Below are positions 33,122 to 44,559 of a stretch of DNA of 64,000 bases, piece by piece. Within the stretch, counting starts at the first letter, position 1. Each line of letters starts with the position of its first letter. Origin of the DNA: Cyanidioschyzon merolae (Eukaryota). Made by a program: the position numbers and the translations under genes. The stretch is from the NCBI GenBank assembly GCA_000091205.1, contig AP006487.2; one strand, given 5' to 3'. The notes beneath the pieces were generated by a model. That model searched no databases and was not told the DNA's origin. It worked only from the letters and a program-made list of their open reading frames with translations.

Positions 33122-33345
33122 CGAGTGCTCGTCTTCAACAATGCGTGTCTCAGGAGTATCGCCTCTCTTTTCGGACGCAGAGGCTGCACCTGTCTCTTTT
33201 CATCTGGTCAAAATGCTTGTCAAAGGAAACTCTTTTCAACACTGAACCAAAGTTGATATTGCCTGCAGGTGCAAAGACGTGAGCAGTGCTGTAGCGTGCG
33301 CCGATTAGAATTCGACATGTATCTCTTCCTCGTACAGTTTAGGAT

Positions 33346-34320
33346 ATGGAAAGTGTCTTTACTAGAGCCTTCGTGTACAGCGTCGTCTATCAACTTCTAT
33401 TTTTCACTGCCTCGGTTGTGCTCGGCACTGACAAACTAACTGACTTCGCTGGTGGCACGAACTTTTTCCTCCTGGCCCTCTACTGTTGCTTGCAGTGTGA
33501 ACGGAGGACGTTCCGCCTTAAAGTTCTCACAACGCTCATCAGCGTTTGGGCGTTTCGTTTATCGTGCTTCCTTTTGTACCGCATTATACTGTGGTCAGAG
33601 GATCGGCGTCTGAAGGAGTTCCGCGCTAGCATTTGGAAGCTAGCGAGTTTTTGGTTCGTTCAAGCGGTATGGGTTTGGGTCACATCGTTCCCCGTGTTGG
33701 CACTCGGCTCGGAAACCTCTCAAGCACTTCCGGTCAAGCCCTTGTGTACTCTGGATTACGCTGGCTGGCTTCTCTGGCTTGGCGGTCTCCTGTTAGAAAC
33801 CGTGGCGGATTTTCAAAAGTTACAACACAAGAAGAGAGCACCGGAACTGAATAAAACTCCTTGGTGCACGGATGGCGTCTGGCGCTTCTCACGGCACCCG
33901 AACTATTTCGGGGAGCTATGTGTTTGGTGGGGAATATTCCTATCCAGTTACGCTGGAGTCGAGGACTCATTCCCGTTGTTCGTTGCCGCAATCGCATCTC
34001 CTGTTTTCGTTATGTTGTTGCTGCTCTTTGTCAGCGGCATGCCTTTGCTGGAACAGTCTATGAATCGAAGGTACCAAGGAAATACGAAGTTTGAGAATAG
34101 AGACGGACGTGAAACGGAAGCTCAAAGACTTGCAGAAGCATTCAAGGCGTACAAGAACTGCACTAGCCCGTTGATTCCGCTACCACCGTTGGTGTACGCA
34201 TCACTGCCGACAGTCATCAAGCGAACAGTTTTCTTCGAGTGGAAGATCTACGAGGCGGAATCAGCTCCTAACGAGTCCCAGAGCGACCGCTCCCGCGATT
34301 CATCGAACGCTCGCATGTAG
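33346..34320 (+). CDS. DUF1295 / steroid-5-alpha-reductase-like polytopic membrane protein
   Basis: Multi-TM ORF with the C-terminal '[11 protein letters not shown]' motif characteristic of the S5A-reductase/ICMT/DUF1295 fold. Confidence 0.6.
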   Translation: MESVFTRAFVYSVVYQLLFFTASVVLGTDKLTDFAGGTNFFLLALYCCLQCERRTFRLKVLTTLISVWAFRLSCFLLYRIILWSEDRRLKEFRASIWKLASFWFVQAVWVWVTSFPVLALGSETSQALPVKPLCTLDYAGWLLWLGGLLLETVADFQKLQHKKRAPELNKTPWCTDGVWRFSRHPNYFGELCVWWGIFLSSYAGVEDSFPLFVAAIASPVFVMLLLLFVSGMPLLEQSMNRRYQGNTKFENRDGRETEAQRLAEAFKAYKNCTSPLIPLPPLVYASLPTVIKRTVFFEWKIYEAESAPNESQSDRSRDSSNARM

Positions 34321-35070
34321 ACCGGGACCCAAACAGTACCGAAGAAATCCCGTTTGGGTAAGGTGAGAAAGCGCAAGTCGAGATCATCGGTGACCAAGTC
34401 ATAACCCGAAAATGGTTTTATTACGCGCTACCCGAAGCCTTTACATTCAAAAGTTACAAAGCGTCTCATATATTTCTTTCCTTTTCGGTCCTTGAAGCCT
34501 TCCGGGGGAATCATTCCAAACCATCAAGTATTGTTACAAAATTGTTGTCTCTGTTTCATAGCGAGTTTTTCCATACGCGTTTTCCAGTGATTTCGAAGAC
34601 TACTTTGTCTGCGTTATGCACAGACAAACCTGAGCTGGCCTACTCATAGCGAAACTACAGAATGTGCGGAAGAAAGCCGCCGTCCGGTCGCTCTGCAGCG
34701 AGTCGATGCACTAAGTTCGTCTCTTGTGTACATCGGCCCCAGTGCACATCTCTCTGAGTGGTATATCAAGACATGCCACATCGTTTCGCTCTTGTCAACG
34801 AAAATGAGGATGAGTATGCGTGGCAGAGAATGCGAAAGTGTGCAGTGACACAATCGCTGGGCTAAAGCATGCTGGCAATGAACGTGTTGTAAATCTTCTA
34901 TTTCTGCGAAAAATCATCGACGACATGCAAATCGAAGTTCACCGCGTGCATCGACGACACCGTCGTTGAGGCCGACTTCGAGAGTCACGCCGATACCTGC
35001 ATGCAGAGCGGCTCATCCGAGGAGCGCGTTTCCTCACACATGGAGGCGCGTGATAGTGCTCCAACTGCAT

Positions 35071-35964
35071 CTAGTATGCCATCATTGAGGCTGACGGCGA
35101 CGGCGACGGCGACGGCGACAGCGAGGCTGACATATGCACACGTATCACGTCCGCGTCCGCCAGCGCATCTACCACGTTCAGACGCATATGGTGGCTCCCC
35201 GAGTGCATCGACGACATCATCATCGACGGCGACGGCGAGGCCGACATGTGCACACGAAGCAGCTCATCCGCCACAAGTGCATCATCTAGGCTCAGGCGCA
35301 TGTGGTGGCTCCCCGAGTGCATCGACGACATCATCATCGACGGCGACGGCGAGGCCGACATGTGCACACGAAGCAGCTCATCCGCCACAAGTGCATCATC
35401 TAGGCTCAGGCGCATGTGATGGTTCCCCGAGTGCATCGACGACATCATCATCGACGGCGACGGCGAGGCCGACATGTGCACACGAAGCAGCTCATCCGCC
35501 ACAAGTGCATCGTCTAGGCTCAGGCGCATGTGGTGGCTCCCCGAGTGCATCGACGACATCATCATCGACGGCGACGGCGAGGCCGACATGTGCACACGAA
35601 GCAGCTCATCCGCCACAAGTGCATCGTCTAGGCTCAGGCGCATGTGGTGGCTCCCCGAGTGCATCGACGACATCATCATCGACGGCGACGGCGAGGCCGA
35701 CATGTGCACACGAAGCAGATCATCCGCCACAAGTGCATCGTCAAGGCTCAGACGTGAGCCATATAAACCATACGACGAAGAAGTTGTTGTCGTTGTGGTT
35801 GTTGGCGAGGCCGACGGCGACGGTGAAGGCGACGGTGAAGGTACTAAGATCGGATGCAAGACGGTGCGGTCCTGATTTATCCACAACGGCAGAGCAAGCA
35901 CGTTGCAACTGCAGAGAACAGTGCAGATCACGAACACACAGATGATATTCTTTGCAATCGACAT
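35071..35964 (-). CDS. Putative secreted Ser/Met/His-rich tandem-repeat protein
   Basis: Signal-peptide-like start 'MSIAKNIICVFVICTVLCSCNVLA'. It is followed by about 5.5 copies of a 38-aa unit 'HMRLSLDDALVADELLRVHMSASPSPSMMMSSMHSGSH' encoded by the 114-bp tandem array. ORFs are open on the opposite strand too (a low-complexity effect), so the strand call rests on the signal peptide. Confidence 0.4.
   Translation of the reverse strand: MSIAKNIICVFVICTVLCSCNVLALPLWINQDRTVLHPILVPSPSPSPSPSASPTTTTTTTSSSYGLYGSRLSLDDALVADDLLRVHMSASPSPSMMMSSMHSGSHHMRLSLDDALVADELLRVHMSASPSPSMMMSSMHSGSHHMRLSLDDALVADELLRVHMSASPSPSMMMSSMHSGNHHMRLSLDDALVADELLRVHMSASPSPSMMMSSMHSGSHHMRLSLDDALVADELLRVHMSASPSPSMMMSSMHSGSHHMRLNVVDALADADVIRVHMSASLSPSPSPSPSASMMAY
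35128..35760. repeat. 114-bp tandem repeat array (~5.5 units)
   Basis: Units start at 35190, 35304, 35418, 35532 and 35646, near-identical. Preceded by (GACGGC)n at ~35095–35130. Confidence 0.9.
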
Positions 35965-37476
35965 TTTGCTGTGCTGTAACTTACGTGCCGTGTGCGCGCC
36001 CTTTGTAAACTCCAACCACTGTAGTATATATGTGCGTTGCACGCAGCCGCTCAATAATTACGCGGCGATCGCGAGGCATGCGTGCTGTCCCTCCCGTACA
36101 GCGAACAGCGCACTACGCCAGGATCCGCCACGTGTGGATCCGGAGGCTCGATGCGCGGGGGAATCCTGGTGAGTGAATCGCGGCGCGGGAGAAATCGCGG
36201 CGGACACGTGGCAGCGCTCTCCTCCACGAATGCAGCTGGCCGTGCAGCAGATGATCCAAGTGATCTTTTAAGTATTTAGACATAATGGTCAGCTTCATCA
36301 CTGTTCCCTGCGAAGGCCCTGCAACAATACGTAGATGGGGAGAACAAGCATATTTGCAGACGAGATCTCGTACGTCGAGTAGTCCCGAAAACTATAAAAG
36401 TCTTCGTATGGAGCATTTATGGCAATTGTAAAGGACCTTTCTGTGAGTGAGTGAGTGGGTTCAGACCTGCGTAACGCAGTACCACCTCTCGGGGAACAGG
36501 TAGGTTGCTTTCCAGTGAGTGGCGCATTGTGATGTAAAAGGCTGGAAGCTTCAGTTAGCGTGCGCGAAACTCAAGAGACTTCAGATCTGATAAAACACGA
36601 CTTTGCAAGGTAAACGACACGTATTTGCGCCTGAGAGAAAAGCCACCCGCATAATCATTGCGCTGAAAAATTGCCGATACACGACATATCTCGGGGGCAC
36701 TGCTCCCGGAACAGCACCTCCTGGAGGCCAAGACCGGTGGATTCTAGGGGCTGAGTCTGTCGAAAGCATTCCATACGAAGATGCGTTAGGCTTTAGATGC
36801 GCTGCGTCCAGGTAAGGCAGCCGCACCGCAACCTAGATGGCGGCAGAGATCGTTAGGATGCCTGGAGCATCCGATTGCAGCTTTGGGAATGCTTGAAGTG
36901 GACACTAGCACATGCGTGCCAGCGGCTAGGCCTCAAGACAGTGATTTGATGTTGCCATATGAAATAGTAATTTCCTATACTTCGAAAGAAAGCCGCTATC
37001 CTGCAAGTTTTACGCCTCATCTTCCACAGAAACGAACGCGTCTCTCCAATGGCTCAGTGAGTTAGTTCTTCTTCGCATTCTTTTAGAGTATAGGTCATTT
37101 TGCACGCCGCTCCGTTCGACAGCATGGAGCAACGTCTTGCGAGGAAGCAGCAACGCTGATTAACAGCCAACGTGACACGCAGGCATCGAGGCCATACCTC
37201 GGTCTCGACCGCCGCTAATGGTTTTTCTGTCGAATGGCTTCTCGTACCTGTATACTGGCCAGTTTCCGACGTTGCAGCACACAACGCCGCGGAACAGACG
37301 TCCGTCAAGGCGACTGATGCATGAATACGAAACAGTTGCTTCGCAATGTTGGGCAATGGCCGCGATGCAAAATCTTCCAGAAACAACTCAGCGGTAGTAA
37401 AGAAAAGGAAGATCCTGCGAGTCATAAGACGAACTGATTCTCTATAACCTCAAGCCTTCGTTTTGGCTGTTCGAAC

Positions 37477-38184
37477 CTACTGTGGTTTGGTACGGACCGT
37501 TATAGGGCCCTCAATCTTCGTACAGCAGCTGAGGCGCCAGCTGTCCGGCGCTTGCTTATTCTCGAATATTCGAGCTTCCCGCCAGCCACGGGGATTTGTG
37601 TTATACTGGCCCTCAGTGATATCGACGATGCATGTGCCACATTGGCCGCCACCGCCACAGTTTGTTAGCTTGCCTCTCAAAGTGTACACATCGATTTTGT
37701 TTTCAAGCAAGACCTTTCTCAGGTTTGAACCCACAGGGGCTTCGAGGACGCGCGGTTCGCTTTTGCCCTTTTCATAGACGGTCACCTGCACCTTCTGAAC
37801 TGAGCCAGCTGGCGTCCATGAGAGAAGCAGATTATGTCGTCTAGGTCTCAAGCAAACTTTGTTATTTTGACAGTAGCTGGAGACGTGCTGGGAACGCTTT
37901 CCGGGGCGGCTCTCTACGAAGAAGCGCAATGAGGGTACACCTACGGTAATAAACGAGGACTCGACCCTGCTGCGGGTGTCCATTCTGAAAGTTCCAGGTT
38001 CCAAAGTTTGTAAAACGGCTGTGTTCGTCCCTCCGTGCCCGGTCTGCAACATGTACTCCCGCTTCCGAGCAACGCAGTGCTTTAGCCTCAGGAGTCCCAG
38101 CCGGCGTGTACTCGTCTGCCGCGTCCGCTCTGCGCGACGTCGCCGATAATGAAGGGCTACGCGCGCGATTTCGCATGACGGCAA
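37477..38184 (-). CDS. Adrenodoxin-type [2Fe-2S] ferredoxin-like protein with Arg-rich N-terminal extension (possible mitochondrial presequence)
   Basis: C-terminal domain has 'CGGGGQCGTC' (C-X5-C-X2-C) and a later 'RLSCC'. This matches the vertebrate/ISC-type ferredoxin cysteine spacing (adrenodoxin 'CEGTLACSTC…RLGCQ'). The N-terminal 120 aa are R-rich. Confidence 0.55.
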   Translation of the reverse strand: MPSCEIARVALHYRRRRAERTRQTSTRRLGLLRLKHCVARKREYMLQTGHGGTNTAVLQTLEPGTFRMDTRSRVESSFITVGVPSLRFFVESRPGKRSQHVSSYCQNNKVCLRPRRHNLLLSWTPAGSVQKVQVTVYEKGKSEPRVLEAPVGSNLRKVLLENKIDVYTLRGKLTNCGGGGQCGTCIVDITEGQYNTNPRGWREARIFENKQAPDSWRLSCCTKIEGPITVRTKPQ

Positions 38185-38309
38185 ATGGTGGGCGCAGGAT
38201 AAAGCGTTCGGCTTTCAGTGAAGGTTCAGAGCCCGACGCTCGCACAAGCACTGTATAGCAGTTTTCTCTGCGTGTCGCGCCAGCTACGTCAGTGTATCAT
38301 CTCCAACCG

Positions 38310-38910
38310 AGTCACAATAAAACGGGAGGGGGCCTGTTCGATATCTCGAGCGAACACGCTCAAGTAGGGTTTCCTTCCCACTTGCGCCAAGACCAGTCCT
38401 CACAGGCTCTATCTGTGACTGCCTCTGTTTCCTCTCTCTTATCTCCTGCTGTAAACACGCGAGTCGTTCATGCCCCTCCAGCTCCGTAGTCAGCAGTCGA
38501 AGGGTGTTGATATTCGCGTTAATGTCCGGATCTGGGAGCTTCCCGCCGCTGACGACGCATTTCAAGCGCAGGCGGGAGGGACGATCTTCGCCTCACTTGT
38601 CTTCCGCAGCGTCTTTGCATGCATGCTTGACGCGCCCAGCGCAACGGTGGCAGTTGACTGCGGTCAGGTGCTCCCACATGACCACCATAACGCGTCCAGA
38701 TCAGAGCGCCGCATGTAACTTTTGAACGCTTGCTTCCTGGCTCGATACATGCGATAGACGGGTCCACGTGGGCTCCACTGCATGCCCTCATTCGTTGCGA
38801 TGCTCGGTGTCGTCCCAGAAGATCACGGGCATCTGCTGGGCGATCTCCTGGACGTGTACTCTGTTAGCTGTGCACGCAAGCCCACGCTGCTCCAGTCGAT
38901 ACGGGATTTG
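38310..38910. repeat. 601-bp dispersed/direct repeat, copy A (upstream of Spo11)
   Basis: ~98% identical to 43959–44559 with identical boundaries ('AGTCACAATAAAACGGG…CGATACGGGATTTG'). Not TG…CA-terminated. Confidence 0.9.
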
Positions 38911-40593
38911 AGAAGCGCAACAATGTCCATGAATAATCAAGGGCCAAAAGAGTTATCCAAGGTAAACAACGAGCCGGGAAATTCCGATTCGTCTACGCTA
39001 CCTTTTTCCAATTCGTTGACGCACGCTCCACTGGAACCGTCCGCTGAGGTGAATCCGCCTCGAGTCCAAAACCCGTTCCGATGCAAACACAAGAAGCGGA
39101 AGCCTCTGGGTGTAAATTCAAGGGCTTCATCATACTACCGCGGAGTATGGTTGCGCCTACGGCTGTTAAGAAATGAGAATTTGTCTTTCGAATGGAATAG
39201 ATGAGATAACGTGGGAGCATCGGTAACCTTTGGCATGGGGCGTAGAAGAAGTCGTCAAGGGAACAAGCAGACAATATCCGTCGTCAGCCTAGCAGCGCGA
39301 ATTTCGGCGCTCATGAGTTGCCATGAAGCAGCAAGATCGAAACCTTTGAGACGTTCTATTTGAGAATGCTGTGCGTAATGAACGGGGAAGATCGACGGTC
39401 TGAGATTATCATGTGGAAAATGAAAACGGTTACTGCACGAACCCTTATTCAAGAGCGTCGCAAATCATCTTGACTCCGGTGACGAATCGAACTCTAGTGA
39501 CCACAATCTGAAGGAGTTACGAAGAAAGGACCACCCGAAATCCTCAAACGACTTACGCATCCATTACTTCTCATGACTGCGCTAGGAACATTAAGTCTGG
39601 AAATCGAAGCAGAAGGTCGGAAAATACTTCGAAAGGCATGAATAAGGCGGGCAGCTTGGTACACCATTTTAATCCTAAACTGGTGGTAAGCATTCAAAAT
39701 TGTAAATAGAACTGCACTTTTGAGTGCCATTTCTTGGAAATGGTACTGGAAGGAAGAACTGTTAATACATGAAGCTTCATCACAAGACTGCTTGAACAAC
39801 CTTTGCGGGCCGTTTCCGATGCTGAAAAGACGCGACGGTCCCGCTCTAAAGATAAACCAACGTCATGGATGGCGTGAAGTCGACCTTGAATCTATGGTCT
39901 CTGTGCGCGGTCGAGACGACCGTCTCGTGGCAATGCAGACTAGGTATCTATCCGAATTACATGTTTTCAAAAGAAAGAGCACGGAGCTTTCCATAGAATT
40001 TCCAGAACGCTTTTTTTGAAAAACTACAAAAAACCATTTTCCCAGCACGGGAGCATTTACAAACAGAGTCCGGGCTCGATTACGCTAGCCTGTTGACGCA
40101 CATCTGCACAAGTGAAACGCTGTAGCGTTTTCCATACACTGGTGCGTTATTTTGTAACACAAAGTCTTTTACTCACTGCTGACGCGATCATAAATTCTTG
40201 GAATTATATCACGTAAGGTCTGGCATCTCACAATACCAAAACATATTTAGTCTTGTCGCGCAGCTCCGCAGCATCAAGCTCGAGTCCGCATGGCGCTCTG
40301 GAATAAGTTCTCTTGAACGTTTGCTTGCTCTTGAAGTCAGTGCAACTCTTAGGCTGAAGCGCGTTCCAAGAGGGAATTTATGGTGGCTGCATACATGCAC
40401 GTAAAGGATCCTGATTCATGGCTCGATCAAGGGCATCATTATGCCCAGCGGGCATCACTGGCGCCACTGGCGGGAGCGACACGCTGATGCGTGTAGGTTG
40501 ATTTCGGAGCACGCATATGGCAGTCCATACGTGCGAGCGGCGCGCTGAGCTGCTCTTAATCTTCTCGCGTGTTGCTGGTATCGACGAAGACAC

Positions 40594-41679
40594 ATGGACA
40601 GGTCGCCTCTAGAGAAAATAGAAGGGCTTGCACTCCGGATACTAAGCAATTTAGATATAGTGGGTTTGTCTAAAGAATGGGCAGCTGCTGTCCGCATATT
40701 GTGTGTCTTGCACCGGATCAGATGCATAGAATGGCAGCAGTATGGACCGTTTGCCGTATGTAACCAGGGAAGTTTTACCTTTCGTGACCTTTTTTACCTC
40801 AGCAAATCTGACGAGGTCCTTAATCCTCTTGGTGCAGGGACAAGCGCTGCTTATGCTTCTTCCCCATTTCGGGAGAAACTCTCAGTTCGAAGCACCCGCC
40901 GCGGCCTGATGCTGCTCGAAAAAGTCTTTCAAGAACCAGAGTTGCGGTACCAGCTGGGTGCGCTTCCTATGCCGAAGGGCATTCTATGGGCGCCGTCAGG
41001 ATTCGTTTTACAATGGAGCCCAAACAGGGATGTCCACCATGAACTCGAACTCAGTAGCGTCGTTCCGGTGCCGCCAGAACTTGGTAGAGCGAGTACAACC
41101 TTTCGCTTACGGCTCCACGAAGCGCACTTTGGGAACCCGAATTTTGGAGCAAAGCTCCGAGCAGTGTTGGTCGTGGAGAAGGAAACAACTTTTCGAGCAC
41201 TGCTGAGGGGCATCCATGATCCCCCTGGTAAGTTTCTTCGCTACGCGCAGCTAAATAGAGTAGCAATGATTAGCGGCAAGGGTTACCCAGACCGGGCCAC
41301 AAAGGTGCTCGTGCGGTATCTCGCAAAGACGGAGGGAATTCCGGTTTTCCTGTTGACCGATTGTGATCCGAACGGTATCGCGATTGCGCTCCAGTACGAT
41401 GGTGCAACAGAACGCATCGGCGTTCCTCTTCATGGCCCCGAAAACGCTGGCTTTGCAGCACTTCGTCTACTTGTTGATCATGACCACAGTCTGTTGAAAC
41501 AGCTCCAACGTCGAATCACTTGCATGGACGGCATTGGAGCCAGCCTGCAGCCGCCACTAGCATGGATGGCTGCGACGGGATACAAAAGCGAAATCGAAAG
41601 TTTGAGCAATCCCGACCTCACTGAATTCGTCATCCGTGCACTCAAGCAAAGACTCAAAGTGTACTCTGTGCACAAATGA
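40594..41679 (+). CDS. SPO11: Spo11 / topoisomerase VI subunit A-like meiotic DSB protein, 361 aa
   Basis: Catalytic-tyrosine motif 'FRDLFYLSKSDE' (Spo11 'RDIFY'); TOPRIM glutamate 'VLVVEKETTFRALL' and DxD 'LLTDCDPNGIAIAL'. Confidence 0.85.
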   Translation: MDRSPLEKIEGLALRILSNLDIVGLSKEWAAAVRILCVLHRIRCIEWQQYGPFAVCNQGSFTFRDLFYLSKSDEVLNPLGAGTSAAYASSPFREKLSVRSTRRGLMLLEKVFQEPELRYQLGALPMPKGILWAPSGFVLQWSPNRDVHHELELSSVVPVPPELGRASTTFRLRLHEAHFGNPNFGAKLRAVLVVEKETTFRALLRGIHDPPGKFLRYAQLNRVAMISGKGYPDRATKVLVRYLAKTEGIPVFLLTDCDPNGIAIALQYDGATERIGVPLHGPENAGFAALRLLVDHDHSLLKQLQRRITCMDGIGASLQPPLAWMAATGYKSEIESLSNPDLTEFVIRALKQRLKVYSVHK

Positions 41680-41752
41680 CTGGCTTCAGCAAGACCCAAA
41701 TGCCCCTTGCGGAATTCGAAATCCGTGCGCGCATTTGAAGAACAATCAAACG

Positions 41753-43489
41753 CTAATTTGCGGACGGGTGATAAGCTTCAGCAAGACACAAAAGTCTTTC
41801 AGCTGCTGTCGCCAATTCTTGCCGCGACCAAGGATCGTGCGGCAGATTCGGCAGGCAAGCACGACACCAGAGTTGCAATGCCCAAGAATGGATATCGGCT
41901 CCGGTGCTGCGAGACTGTTCCAGCCTCGTCCTGCAATGCAGAAAATGCACGAAACTTTTCCCTTGATCATCGTGTCTCTCACCGTGAGCTGCATACCGTC
42001 GAATTTCGCGTGGAAATGGATGCGGTAGCATTAGGACCGTCTTTGATTCAGAAGTAAAACTGCTTTTTTGATTCAAAAGCTCATCTATGGAGGCGGTGTC
42101 CAAGGCACGGCAAAAGTTGCTGAGAGCCTCTGGTAAGGTAGACTCATCATTCGCAATAGGATGCTTGACGAAGCCAGGCAGCCGTTGTTTCAGTCGCATA
42201 CACCATCCCTTATCGACGAATTGCCGGAGCCAGCCTGCCGTGGATAGATTGCAAAGATCGAAGTTCTGCGTCGGTACGTCATTGCTCCCGGCAGAGTTCC
42301 TAAACAGCGAAAATGGTGAAAATCCGGCCCGCAAATCGAATATGCAACGATGGCGAAGGCCCAAAAGGTTACCGCTCATTGCGACTCGAAGCCTATGCTC
42401 CAGCGGATGGGCGTCCAATATTCTATTCACAGCTAGCGCGGTGGCAACACTCGCAGTCCAGCCAAACGAATTACAAGTAAGATCCTCGAAAGACAGGCCC
42501 CGTGCATCTAGCGTCCACAGCCGTTCGCGTTGCGTATTCCGCAGATTCCTCGCACGAACAGGCAAGTATGCGATGTGATCATTTTCCCCCGAAGCACTCG
42601 ACGTGTACAAGCTGCTAACAAGTAGCGCCTCTCCAATTTGCCCCACATTGACATCCAGCTTCGGATCAATGGAAAAGATAAAAAAATTCTTTTTCGTGCC
42701 GAAAAGATCCGAAAGTTCTTCAACGAGCCCTGATAATACACCACCATTCCCTGCGTGCTCCAGGGACCCATGGATGTCAAATCCCGTGAGAGAATCACAG
42801 GTTTCCGCGAAATAACGTACTGCATCCAGGAGCTCTTCGGATTGTTTTTTGCTTTGCACGGCATCGTAGCCCCTTTGAAATAACTCTAGGTCGCGAACAA
42901 ACTGGTTCGATAATGGTGTGTCTGCGATATCGGGAATTCTGGTTTCAGCAAACGTGGTCGAGGATGCCTTTGTAGACTCCAGATCGTGCAGCAGAGTCTG
43001 AGTTCGAATTTTTGACCGACTACTCAGGGGGAACGCTTGGAAGTCTGTCCAGTGCCGTACACTTTCCTCGAAATTATACGCGTCCGGTGATTTCACCGTT
43101 CCGGCCTGTCGATCAACCTGAAAAGCATGCCTTCTGTCATGTTGGCTGGAAGAGAGGCGTTCAGTCGGACCCTTCCATAACGTCTTCGAAATTGGATCTT
43201 CGTGCGGTTCGAGTGCCCTGCTGATAGGAGCTTCACTGCAATCAAGTGAACAGTGATCCAGTGCAACAAGTCTCGGCACGACTTGGCCAGCAGTAGGTCC
43301 TTCATCTGGCTCCCAGAAAAACTCCCGACGCGCTGCCCAAAACCTTTCCTCGACAGACGAGAGACATTCGTGAGAAACCCCACCACTCGAGACCAGAGTG
43401 CTATTGTAATATAAGAGGTTCCAAAAGTGTGACCCGCAGTAGCTTGCAGCTTCTCCCAGCTGTACTACAACAGAGTTTTTCTCTACCAT
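41753..43489 (-). CDS. Misato/DML1-family tubulin-like protein, 578 aa
   Basis: N-terminus 'VVVQLGEAASYCGSHFWNLLY' matches the Misato segment-II/tubulin-like motif ('EIITLQLGQ…NxxGxHFWN'). Size fits the family. Convergent with Spo11, with stops 73 bp apart. Confidence 0.7.
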   Translation of the reverse strand: MVEKNSVVVQLGEAASYCGSHFWNLLYYNSTLVSSGGVSHECLSSVEERFWAARREFFWEPDEGPTAGQVVPRLVALDHCSLDCSEAPISRALEPHEDPISKTLWKGPTERLSSSQHDRRHAFQVDRQAGTVKSPDAYNFEESVRHWTDFQAFPLSSRSKIRTQTLLHDLESTKASSTTFAETRIPDIADTPLSNQFVRDLELFQRGYDAVQSKKQSEELLDAVRYFAETCDSLTGFDIHGSLEHAGNGGVLSGLVEELSDLFGTKKNFFIFSIDPKLDVNVGQIGEALLVSSLYTSSASGENDHIAYLPVRARNLRNTQRERLWTLDARGLSFEDLTCNSFGWTASVATALAVNRILDAHPLEHRLRVAMSGNLLGLRHRCIFDLRAGFSPFSLFRNSAGSNDVPTQNFDLCNLSTAGWLRQFVDKGWCMRLKQRLPGFVKHPIANDESTLPEALSNFCRALDTASIDELLNQKSSFTSESKTVLMLPHPFPREIRRYAAHGERHDDQGKSFVHFLHCRTRLEQSRSTGADIHSWALQLWCRACLPNLPHDPWSRQELATAAERLLCLAEAYHPSAN

Positions 43490-43958
43490 ATGATCACCTG
43501 TCGGCCCCGCTCAGGCGCCCGAAAAGCAAGCAGAATAGACTGAAAAACTTGGTTCTCCAAAACTGAAGCGACTCCGAACTCACCTGACTTACCCGTTGGA
43601 GTGATTTATTTCTTACGCGGCAGCACGTCTCGCAGGGCTGGTAACGCACTCGCTCATAGTCGCTAAGGCGGTCTCTGCCGGTCGCTGGTACCTGAGGTGC
43701 GCTCACAAACCAACAGCTGCACTGCAGCGAGGACGCACTATTTGAGAACGGTAACAACGAGCAGGACTGCGGCCCGTGCGGAAGAGTTCGTTAGAAACCG
43801 TAAAAAAGAAAAAGTTTCCCTACCAGCACGTAAGAATGAAAAAATTTCGTACAGGAAAATGCTTGGGCTCCAAATCAACGCCGGCATTTCCGCGAAGAAA
43901 CAAGACAGCGAACATGTTGCCGCCGTTCTATTCATGGGATTGCCGCATGCTCCGCCAA

Positions 43959-44559
43959 AGTCACAATAAAACGGGAGGGGGCCTGTTCGATATCTCGAGC
44001 GAACACGCTCAAGTAGGGTTTCCTTCCCACTTGCGCCAAGACCAGTCCTCACAGGCTCTATCTGTGACTGCCTCCGTTTCCTCTCTCTTATCTCCTGCTG
44101 TAAACACGCGAGTCGTTCATGCCCCTCCAGCTCCGTAGTCAGCAGTCGAAGGGTGTTGATATTCGCGTTAATGTCCGGATCTGGGAGCTTCCCGCCGCTG
44201 ACGACGCATTTCAAGCGCAGGCGGGAGTGACGATCTTCGCCTCACTTGTCTTCCGCAGCGTCTTTGCACGCATGCTTGACGCGCCCAGCGCAACGGTGGC
44301 AGTTGACTGCGGTCAGGTGCTCCCACATGGCCACCATAACGCGTCCAGATCAGAGCGCCGTATGTAACTCTTGAACGCTTGCTTCCTGGCTCGATACATG
44401 CGATAGACGGGTCCACTTGGGCTCCACTGCATGCCCTCATCCGTTGCGATGCTCGGTGTCGTCCCAGAAGATCACGGGCATCTGCTGGGCGATCTCCTGG
44501 ACGTGTGCTCTGTTAGCTGTGCACGCAAGCCCACGCTGCTCCAGTCGATACGGGATTTG
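43959..44559. repeat. 601-bp dispersed/direct repeat, copy B (downstream of Misato)
   Basis: Direct-orientation partner of 38310–38910. The two flank 5,048 bp containing Spo11 and Misato. Confidence 0.9.

Noticed and set aside
35001-35945. Plus-strand 314-aa ORF (and a third 133-aa frame) across the 114-bp tandem array as the real gene.
   Set aside because: Low-complexity tandem repeats keep several frames open. Only the minus-strand model has a plausible signal peptide and a defined start, so it was preferred. Retained as an alternative.
38310-44559. The 601-bp direct repeats as LTRs of a retrotransposon.
   Set aside because: The termini are not TG…CA. The 5 kb between them encodes the host genes Spo11 and Misato rather than gag/pol. 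No PBS or PPT is evident. Treated as dispersed repeat copies instead.
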